A stretch of 28,807 bases of DNA from Candidatus Aerophobota bacterium (GTDB lineage: Bacteria; Aerophobota; Aerophobia; Aerophobales; AE-B3A). A program made the position numbers and the translations under genes. Shown piece after piece: positions 7,949-14,968 of the stretch. Location of the stretch: positions 1 to 28,807 of the forward strand of contig JAUWAK010000001.1 of the NCBI GenBank assembly GCA_030602105.1. The letters are read 5' to 3'. Numbering within the stretch: the stretch's first letter is position 1; each line of letters opens with the position of its first letter. A model generated the notes under the pieces. It did not search any database and was not told the origin of the DNA. It saw nothing but the letters and a program-made list of their open reading frames with translations.

Positions 7949-9361
7949 ATGTTCAGCAAAAAGAATAGTCCCTGCTTCGAAATGGACACCCTGGGCTGGA
8001 AAGATGTGAGATTAGAACACGGGAAGGACTTTTTGGTGGTCAGGGTACCTTCCTACTGTGATATTTTGAAGATGAGAGGGGCTGCGGCCCTGGCAAATCC
8101 CCAACAGGAAATAGAAGATGCTCTATCCAAGCCAATAGAAAGCCCACCCGTAGAGAATATTATTGCCTCTCACAAGAAGCCTTCCGAGACATCGGTTGCC
8201 ATAGCTGTATCCGATGACACACGGCCTGTTCCCTACAATGGAGAAAGAGAAGACGGAATACTTCTTCCTCTTTTGAGAAGATTGGGGAGGATAGGAGTAA
8301 AGAGCAGGAATATAAACATTGCAGTGGCCACCGGAACCCACCTGTCTACCTCTCAGGAATGGAAAAAAGAAGCCTTTGGAGAGTTCATAAACACAAGATA
8401 CAAGGTACTGGATCATGACTCTAGCTCGTCTGAACTGTCCTGCCTTGGCAGTATAGATGGAGTTGAGGTCAAAATAAACCGGGAGTTTTTGAAGGCAGAT
8501 ACTCATATTATCACCGGCTTAGTTGAACCTCACTTTATGGCAGGATTTTCAGGCGGGAGGAAAGCGATTTGTCCTGGGCTCGTCAATTCAGAGACTACAC
8601 ATTTCTTTCATTCTGCTGAGTTTATGGACAATCCTAATGCCACAAACCTGGTCTTGAAGGGTAATCCATGCCATGATTTTGCTTCAAAAGTTGCTCGCAG
8701 GGCAAGGGTGGATTTCAGTGTGAATGTGACCTTGAATGGTGAGGGAAAACTGACAGGGGTTTTTGCCGGCCATTTGGATAGAGCTTATTATGAGGCAGTA
8801 GCAAAAGCAAAGATACAATCTGCTATTCCCGTGAAGCGTGAATACGACATCGTCTTAACCCAAGGGGGAAGCGTTGCTACAAACCATTATCAGGCTGCAA
8901 AGGCAGCCTACGGAGTGATTCCTGTTATTAAGAGAGGAGGAATAGTTATTCTAGCTGCCCATAACAGTAGCGAGGAACCTGTAGGTAAGGATGACTATAC
9001 AAAAGTCATGGAGACTCTAGCACAGGCAGGCCCGGGGGGATTTACCCGGGTTATTAAGAGCAGCGGATGGCGGTTCATCCCTGATCAATGGCAGGCACAG
9101 AAATGGGATCAATTTTTCAGCAAGATCGGAGATTTTGATGGACTGATTTATTGTACTACAAATATACCTCCGGGGGACTTGAAGGAGCTGCCCGGCAAAA
9201 GTGGCTATGAGCTTGTAGGGGAGAAGAGCGTAAAGATAGATGAAATGTTGCAGAAGGCCATATTTTACGCTATACGGAAGATGGAACGGAGGACAACAGG
9301 AAAACCCAGCATAGCCTTGATGAGAGAGGGTCCGTACGCAGTACCCGCAAAAGGCGATTAG
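7949..9361 (+). CDS. LarA-family (DUF2088) nickel-pincer-dependent 2-hydroxy-acid racemase/epimerase
   Basis: SDDTRPVP, ATGTH, PHFMAGFSGGRKAICPG, HFFH, NHYQAAKA, PDQWQAQ match LarA-superfamily motifs. Confidence 0.85.
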   Translation: MFSKKNSPCFEMDTLGWKDVRLEHGKDFLVVRVPSYCDILKMRGAAALANPQQEIEDALSKPIESPPVENIIASHKKPSETSVAIAVSDDTRPVPYNGEREDGILLPLLRRLGRIGVKSRNINIAVATGTHLSTSQEWKKEAFGEFINTRYKVLDHDSSSSELSCLGSIDGVEVKINREFLKADTHIITGLVEPHFMAGFSGGRKAICPGLVNSETTHFFHSAEFMDNPNATNLVLKGNPCHDFASKVARRARVDFSVNVTLNGEGKLTGVFAGHLDRAYYEAVAKAKIQSAIPVKREYDIVLTQGGSVATNHYQAAKAAYGVIPVIKRGGIVILAAHNSSEEPVGKDDYTKVMETLAQAGPGGFTRVIKSSGWRFIPDQWQAQKWDQFFSKIGDFDGLIYCTTNIPPGDLKELPGKSGYELVGEKSVKIDEMLQKAIFYAIRKMERRTTGKPSIALMREGPYAVPAKGD

Positions 9362-9373
9362 GAGGAGTACGCG

Positions 9374-11407
9374 ATGCCAATTATGAATTCCAAAACAGGA
9401 GAGGTTAGGAGGAATTATACAACAGAGGAGCTAGTAGAAAAAGCAAAAGAGATGAGAGCGTATAATATGATTGCTCTGACTGCAGCTGGCTCAGGACACA
9501 CTGGGGGGACTTTGTCAATTATGGATATTGCTGCAGCTCTGTATCTTAAGAAGATAAGACACGACCCAGAAAATCCCGATTGGGAAGATAGGGATAGAGT
9601 CTTTTGGTCCGCCGGTCATAAAGCCCCAGCTCTTTATGTAGCTTTGGGTGAAGCAGGTTATTTTCCAGTAGAGGAGGTTGTAAAACTAAGAAAATTGGGC
9701 TCTGGTTTTGAAGGTCATCCTAATAGACTCAAATTACCAGGAGTTGAGCTCTCATCCGGATCCCTTGGCCAGGGGTTAGGTGTAGCTATAGGCTGTGCAC
9801 TGAGGGCCAAGCTGGAGAAGAAAAATTTCCGGGTCTACTGCATCAACGGAGATGGGGAGCTTGATGAAGGTTCGATTTGGGAAGGCGCAATGTGTGCCGC
9901 TCACTACAAATTAGATAACCTTGTGGCTATTGTGGACAGAAATGATCTGCAGATTGACGGTTCTACCGAAGAGGTCATGAAATTGGAACCCCTTGCTGAT
10001 AAATGGAGGGCTTTTGGATGGAATGTTGTCCAAATAGATGGCCACAATATGGCCGAAATTCTCACCTGTCTTGATGAGGCGGAGAAGACAAAACAAAAGC
10101 CCACGGTAATGATTGCCAGAACGACCAAAGGCAAGGGCGTGTCCTTCGCTGAGGATATGGTGGGATACCATGGTATATCCCCAAAAGACGGTCGGTCAGG
10201 AGAGGAATCATTGGATAGAGCGCTGGAAGATATAGGAGATTCTAAATTCACCAAGGAAAAAGTAGACGGGTTACTAGAAATCGCCGAAAATTGCCAGAAA
10301 GATATAGACAAGAAGGTAGAAGCTTCTATGCCCAAGTTTAGGAAAAACTACTGGTGGAACTCAGGTGACAGCATGAGGGCTGAGATGAACGCCACCAGGA
10401 ATGGTTTTGGCAAAGCCCTTGAGAAGCTCGGTAGTGATGAAAGGGTAGTCGCCCATGGGGCCGATATTACCAGCTCCATAAGAATGAGCGACTTCTATAT
10501 GAACCATGCCAAGAGAAAGAATAGATTCTTCAGCATAGGGATAGCTGAGGCTAACATGGCTCTGGTTGCATCTGGCTTAGCCAAGGAAGGCAAGATAGCC
10601 TTTATCGGATCTTACGGAGTCTTTGTAACCGGGAGGAATTGGGATCAGTTAAGAACCACGGTATGCTATAATAACTTCAATGTGAAGATTGCTGATGCCC
10701 ATGCTGGTATCTCGGTAGGGCCAGACGGAGCTACTCACCAGGCACTAGAAGAAATCAGTAATATGTACTACCTACCCAATATGCATATAGCCGTGCCCTG
10801 TGATGCAGTTGAAACAGAAAAAGCCACCCAGGTCATTGCTCTTCTTGCAGGACCTGCAGTGGTGAGGTATGCAAGAGAGGCGACCCCCATAGTAACCACG
10901 AAAGATACTCCTTATCAGTTTGGAGTAGCCAATGTGGTAAGGTACAGGGGTGAGGAGAAAGACTTTATCGAGGCATTTGAAACAAAGCTTTCCACTGATT
11001 ATGAATCAGAAAACGAGGATTTGGGCATAATTGCCTGTGGACTCATGGTTCCAGAGGCAATGAGGGCAGCTTGCATTCTAAGAGAAGAATACCGCCTTGA
11101 AACCAGAATACTAGATGTACATACGGTCAAACCAATTGACAAGAGAGCAATGGTGAAGGCAGCAGACGAGTTAGGCGTGATAGTGACAGCGGAGGAACAT
11201 CAGGTTGGTGGTTTCGGGAATATTGTGGCGGGGGTTATAGGACAGGGCAAAAGATATGGCGTGCCATTATTGATGGATATGGTTGGGGTACAGGATAAGT
11301 TCGGTGAGTCGGGGGGACCATGGGAACTGATGAAAGTATTTGGACTAACGGGTGAGCACATAGCAGAGAGAGCTAAGAAACTCTTTGATCGAAAAGCAGA
11401 AGGGTAG
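9374..11407 (+). CDS. tkt: Transketolase, single-chain fusion of the N- and C-terminal halves of the split type
   Basis: SGHTGG, DRVFWSAGHKAP, GSLGQG, GDGELDEG..WE (TPP binding), GIAEANM, HAGISVGPDGATHQ, TVKPID, EEHQ..GG.G. Confidence 0.9.
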   Translation: MPIMNSKTGEVRRNYTTEELVEKAKEMRAYNMIALTAAGSGHTGGTLSIMDIAAALYLKKIRHDPENPDWEDRDRVFWSAGHKAPALYVALGEAGYFPVEEVVKLRKLGSGFEGHPNRLKLPGVELSSGSLGQGLGVAIGCALRAKLEKKNFRVYCINGDGELDEGSIWEGAMCAAHYKLDNLVAIVDRNDLQIDGSTEEVMKLEPLADKWRAFGWNVVQIDGHNMAEILTCLDEAEKTKQKPTVMIARTTKGKGVSFAEDMVGYHGISPKDGRSGEESLDRALEDIGDSKFTKEKVDGLLEIAENCQKDIDKKVEASMPKFRKNYWWNSGDSMRAEMNATRNGFGKALEKLGSDERVVAHGADITSSIRMSDFYMNHAKRKNRFFSIGIAEANMALVASGLAKEGKIAFIGSYGVFVTGRNWDQLRTTVCYNNFNVKIADAHAGISVGPDGATHQALEEISNMYYLPNMHIAVPCDAVETEKATQVIALLAGPAVVRYAREATPIVTTKDTPYQFGVANVVRYRGEEKDFIEAFETKLSTDYESENEDLGIIACGLMVPEAMRAACILREEYRLETRILDVHTVKPIDKRAMVKAADELGVIVTAEEHQVGGFGNIVAGVIGQGKRYGVPLLMDMVGVQDKFGESGGPWELMKVFGLTGEHIAERAKKLFDRKAEG

Positions 11408-11412
11408 GTACG

Positions 11413-11602
11413 AAGGGAAAATTGTGCCGAGATACCTCTTGAATACCACCAGGAAAATATTGATGTGCGAGACAGAAGGAGCTTTGTTCTTGCTAGTTTC
11501 GAGGCACATTTTTCCCAAGTGACATTCGGGACATGCTTGCCGTCGAAGACGGGAAGAGGGTTCCTGTGGAGCAAGGGAAAATTGTGCCGAGATACCTCTT
11601 GA
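11413..11602. repeat. Exact 30-bp direct repeat pair (11413-11442, 11573-11602) with an internal inverted copy (11503-11516)
   Basis: AAGGGAAAATTGTGCCGAGATACCTCTTGA occurs twice, 160 bp apart; GGCACATTTTTCCC between the copies is the 13/14 reverse complement of GGGAAAATTGTGCC. Confidence 0.95.
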
Positions 11603-11626
11603 CAAAGCAGCTAAACTGGTTATTTT
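11599..11626 (+). promoter_or_regulatory. Possible promoter for argB
   Basis: TTGACA at 11599-11604, 16-nt spacer, TATTTT; the -35 overlaps the end of the second direct repeat. Confidence 0.45.
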
Positions 11627-11642
11627 TTATGAGGGGTTCAGT

Positions 11643-12494
11643 ATGGAGGAAGCACTAAAGCGAGCTAAGGTTCTGGTGGAAGCCCTTCCCTATATTCAGA
11701 AATTTTCTGGAAAGACGGTGGTGGCGAAACTTGGAGGGAAGGCTATGGGAGAGAAGCTGAGTAGGGATGTGGCCCAGGACATCGTTCTTATGAGATATGT
11801 GGGCATAAAGCCTGTGGTGATTCACGGCGGAGGAGAAGCTATTTCGTCACTGATGAAGAGACTGGGCATAAAGCCTCGATTTATTGAAGGAAATAGAGTT
11901 ACTGACCAGGAGACAATGGATGTGGTGGAGATGGTTCTGGTAGGAAAGATCAACAAGCGGATTGTATCCATGCTCAACCAGTGTGGGGGAAGAGCAGTAG
12001 GTCTGGAAGGCAGGGACGGTCAGCTTATTGTGGCTAAGAAAAGACAGGATAAACCATTGGGCCTAGTAGGGGAGGTAGAGGAAGTAAACAGTTCCTATGT
12101 GCAGATTTTGCAGAAAGAAGGATTTATTCCTGTTATTGCTCCGGTGGGGGCGGACAGGAAAGGGGTTGCTCTCAACATTAACGCCGATATCATGGCTGCC
12201 GAAGTGGCCAGCGCTCTGAAAGCAGAGAAACTCATCTTTGTCACGGATGTAGAAGGCATTCTGGAGGATCCGTCCAGTGGGAAGACACCAATTTCCACCA
12301 TAACTCTGAAGCAAATTGGAGATATGCTCGCTAAAGGAATGATTGAGAAGGGAATGGTGCCCAAGGTTGAGGGTTGCCAAAAAGCTCTGGAAGGAGGGGT
12401 AAACAAAGTACACATTATTTCTGGAAAGCTTTCCCACTCCCTTCTCCTGGAGATATTTACTGACGAAGGTATCGGAACTGAGATTATCAGGTGA
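11643..12494 (+). CDS. argB: Acetylglutamate kinase
   Basis: LVEALPYIQKFSGKTVV, PVVIHGGG, RVTD, NINAD..A..VA, KLIFVTDVEG, GMVPKV, SLLLEIFTDEGIGT. Confidence 0.96.
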   Translation: MEEALKRAKVLVEALPYIQKFSGKTVVAKLGGKAMGEKLSRDVAQDIVLMRYVGIKPVVIHGGGEAISSLMKRLGIKPRFIEGNRVTDQETMDVVEMVLVGKINKRIVSMLNQCGGRAVGLEGRDGQLIVAKKRQDKPLGLVGEVEEVNSSYVQILQKEGFIPVIAPVGADRKGVALNINADIMAAEVASALKAEKLIFVTDVEGILEDPSSGKTPISTITLKQIGDMLAKGMIEKGMVPKVEGCQKALEGGVNKVHIISGKLSHSLLLEIFTDEGIGTEIIR

Positions 12495-12513
12495 CGGGCT
12501 TTGGGAGAGGTAG

Positions 12514-12541
12514 TTGTATTTTACCAGAAATATGCTATAAT
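12514..12541 (+). promoter_or_regulatory. sigma70 promoter with extended -10 for the tRNA cluster
   Basis: TTGTAT-16 nt-TATAAT, with TG-N-TATAAT. Confidence 0.7.
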
Positions 12542-12597
12542 CAGATGACAGATTGAGGAGAGGCCCTAGATAGACGTTTGATTAACGGATAAATTGG

Positions 12598-12672
12598 GCG
12601 GGAGTAGCTCAGGGGTAGAGCATCAGCTTCCCAAGCTGAGGGTCGCGGGTTCGAATCCCGTTTCCCGCTCCA
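12598..12672 (+). tRNA. tRNA-Gly(CCC)
   Basis: Acceptor stem GCGGGAG/TTCCCGC, anticodon arm TCAGC-TT-CCC-AA-GCTGA, GGTTCGAATC T-loop, encoded CCA. Confidence 0.98.
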
Positions 12673-12725
12673 GGGGAACAGGCGATTTCCCGGGAGGATT
12701 TTTTTCTCCCTCGAAGAACTTCTAT

Positions 12726-12799
12726 GCGCCTGTAGCTCAACTGGATAGAGCAACGGACTTCGGATCCGTAGGTTGGGGGTTCGACTCCTCTCAGGCGCG
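12726..12799 (+). tRNA. tRNA-Arg(TCG)
   Basis: Acceptor stem GCGCCTG/CAGGCGC, anticodon arm ACGGA-CT-TCG-GA-TCCGT, GGTTCGACTC T-loop; CCA not encoded. Confidence 0.96.
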
Positions 12800-12979
12800 C
12801 TCCAAATTGCAAACAGGTTGGTGCATCAGATGAGATTTTCCTTAGCCAGAAAAGAGAGCTGTTTTCTGGAGCGTTCAGTCTATCTTTAGTCAGGATTTAC
12901 CAGGGAAGTACTAGTTTTCCCTGTTTGAGAAATTGTGTTCTGTCAGGTGTTAGAGTGTTCTTCACCTGGGGAGGCAGGG

Positions 12980-13387
12980 ATGATGGGGGGATTTGAAGAG
13001 CTGGGGAGCAAGCTAGATAGATTAGCGGAAAAGGTTAAAAAACTTACCCAGGAAGGGGTGGAAAAGACCAGGGGAGAGGCTGGTGACTGGAGAAAGAAAC
13101 TGGATAGTCTGAGGGAGAAGATTAGGAAAACCACCCAGGAAGGAATAGAAAAATTCGCCCTTGGAACAAAGGAAATAGGCCAGGTTGCGAAACTAAGGTC
13201 CGAGATCCGACAGAGAAAGAATAAGATGGAGGGTCTTCTCAAAGAGCTAGGGGAAAAGACTTACCAGCTTCATCTTGAAAAGAAAATTGGCTATGCAGAG
13301 CTCAAGAAGTTAGGAAGCAGTATTACCAAGTTAAGAAAAGAAACAGAGGCAAGAAAAAAACAGATCCAGAGATTAAGAAAGAAGTGA
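12980..13387 (+). CDS. Hypothetical basic coiled-coil protein with an internal 29-aa repeat
   Basis: SD GGGGAGG just upstream of ATG 12980/12983; helical K/E-rich sequence; stop lies just before the rnhA SD and start. Confidence 0.75.
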   Translation: MMGGFEELGSKLDRLAEKVKKLTQEGVEKTRGEAGDWRKKLDSLREKIRKTTQEGIEKFALGTKEIGQVAKLRSEIRQRKNKMEGLLKELGEKTYQLHLEKKIGYAELKKLGSSITKLRKETEARKKQIQRLRKK

Positions 13388-13397
13388 GGAGGGAGAA

Positions 13398-13838
13398 CTG
13401 GAGAAGCTGATTCTTTATGCAGACGGTGCTTCGCTGGGAAATCCTGGAAAAGCTGGAGTAGGAGTTCTCATCTACGATCAAGACAGAAGGCTTGTCAAGC
13501 AGGTATCAAGGTTCATTGGTAAGACTACTAACAATGTGGCCGAGTACATGGCTTTGATTTATGCCCTGGAAGAGGCCCTTTATCTTAAGGCAAAACTGGT
13601 AGAGTGTTTTCTGGATAGTGAGCTTCTGGTCAGACAGCTTCAGGGAAGCTACAGAGTGAGGAACGAAAATCTAAGGTCTCTTTACTACAAAGTTCAGCAT
13701 CTGGAAGCGTTCTTTGAAAAGGTGAGCTTTCGTCATATTAAGAGAGTGGAGAACAGGCAGGCTGATCGACTTGCTAAAGAGGCAGCGACAAAGGAAAGAG
13801 GGAATGAGGTAGTCGCGGGATACCCAAGGGTATCCTGA
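13398..13838 (+). CDS. rnhA: Ribonuclease HI (archaeal/actinobacterial-like single domain), inferred CTG start
   Basis: In-frame extension of ORF 13536: LEKLILYADGASLGNPGKAGVG...TNNVAEY...DSELLVRQLQG.YRV...H..R..N..AD.LA. SD GAGGAGG at 13386-13392. Confidence 0.9.
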   Translation: MEKLILYADGASLGNPGKAGVGVLIYDQDRRLVKQVSRFIGKTTNNVAEYMALIYALEEALYLKAKLVECFLDSELLVRQLQGSYRVRNENLRSLYYKVQHLEAFFEKVSFRHIKRVENRQADRLAKEAATKERGNEVVAGYPRVS

Positions 13839-14159
13839 GGAAAGTCCGGGCTCCAAGACAAGGATACTGGGTAACTCCCAGGGAGGGTGACCTTACGGAT
13901 AGTGTCACAGAAACCAAACCGCCCAGCTGCCCCCATGGGGTAGGGGTAAGGGTGCAAAGGTGGGGTAAGAGCCTACCGGTAGAGAAGCAATTCTCTAGCT
14001 GGACAAACCCCTGTCCGGAGCAAGGCCAAATAGGAGGGTTTAACCCTCGGGTGGGCCGCTAGAGACTCAGGGTGACCTGAGCCCCAGATAAATGGCTACC
14101 GCCGCAGGGAAAGCAATTTCCCTTTGGTTACAGAACCCGGCTTACATTCCCCTCTTTCC
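13793..14159 (+). ncRNA. rnpB: RNase P RNA (type-A-like, reduced P16-17/P6 region)
   Basis: Universal motifs GAGGAAAGTCC (13837-13847) and ACAGAACCCGGCTTA; P1 GGAAAGAGGGAATG / CATTCCCCTCTTTCC; ACAGAAAC.AAACCGCC, GGTAAGAG (P13), P14 with GCAA loop and P18 with GTGA loop. Confidence 0.97.
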
Positions 14160-14320
14160 TTGTGTTTAATCATCGGCATTATTTTAGAAGCTCAGGATAT
14201 TTGAGGATATCAAGAATAGCAAGACAGTAATCTCGAAGGGAAATGCGCCCTGAATGTATCAGCAGGGTAGGTATAGAAGACAAGGTAGTGATGAACTGCA
14301 TTCAATAAGGAGGAGGAGAA

Positions 14321-14494
14321 ATGAAGAAGTGGTTGAAGATTGTGGGTGGAGCGGTAGCAACCGCTGTGGGAATATGGTTGATAGTTCTATTTGCTCCTAA
14401 GGTACTGGTCTTCTTGGAGGGAATTGTAGGAGTTGCTGTGGCCATGGTAGGATTGATTATTCTGGCCATTGGTATTAGTGAAATAAAAGAATAG
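14321..14494 (+). CDS. Small (57-aa) two-TM-helix membrane protein of unknown function
   Basis: Very strong SD (AAGGAGGAGGAG) before ATG 14321; MKKWLKIVGGAVATAVGIWLIVLFAPKVLVFLEGIVGVAVAMVGLIILAIGISEIKE*. Below the ORF-track length cut-off. Confidence 0.85.
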   Translation: MKKWLKIVGGAVATAVGIWLIVLFAPKVLVFLEGIVGVAVAMVGLIILAIGISEIKE

Positions 14495-14557
14495 GCGCTT
14501 TTCCTTTAATCGAATCCATAAAGTGCATCAAGGTAAATATGAAGGGAGTGGTTACAT

Positions 14558-14800
14558 ATGGCGCACAAAAAGGGACAGGGTCATTCCTCCAACGGGAGGG
14601 AAAGTGCGGGTAGACGGTTGGGGATTAAGAACTCTGACGGTCAGTTCGTTAGGGCGGGGAGTATTCTGGTAAGACAGAGGGGCACGAAGTTTCACCCTGG
14701 ATCTAATGTGGGCAGAGGGGCAGATGACACCCTCTACGCCATAAGTTCCGGATATGTGAAGTTCGAGGGAAACAGACGGGTGAGTGTCTATACCCAGTAG
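14558..14800 (+). CDS. rpmA: 50S ribosomal protein L27
   Basis: MAHKKG...[40 protein letters not shown]...G.V.F. Confidence 0.97.
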   Translation: MAHKKGQGHSSNGRESAGRRLGIKNSDGQFVRAGSILVRQRGTKFHPGSNVGRGADDTLYAISSGYVKFEGNRRVSVYTQ

Positions 14801-14968
14801 AGGGATGCCCCAAGATTACCGGGGTTTCTACGTCTGTGGAAAGAATTAGTGCAGGCAACGCCGAGGGCGGGCTCAGGATACGTGAAGCTGCCTGAATCTC
14901 TCCAGAGTATTAAAGATCCCAGAAGCTATAGGAGCTAGGCTGGTTCGTCTTTATAAGGATTCAAGATA

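Noticed and set aside
11413-11602. Degenerate CRISPR array (30-bp repeats)
   Set aside because: Only two copies, the 130-nt interval is far longer than a spacer, and there is no cas gene or leader. Kept as an unexplained repeat instead.
12598-12799. tRNA genes as integration sites of a prophage or island
   Set aside because: No duplicated tRNA 3' end and no integrase seen in the window.
14235-14250. GAAGGGAAATGCGCC resembling the 30-bp repeat
   Set aside because: The similarity is short, gapped and purine-rich, and could easily arise by chance.
14850-14905. SRP-RNA-like TCAGG...AAGCTGCC between rpmA and dnaB
   Set aside because: Lacks the stem-GNRA tetraloop and the AGCAG arrangement of SRP domain IV.
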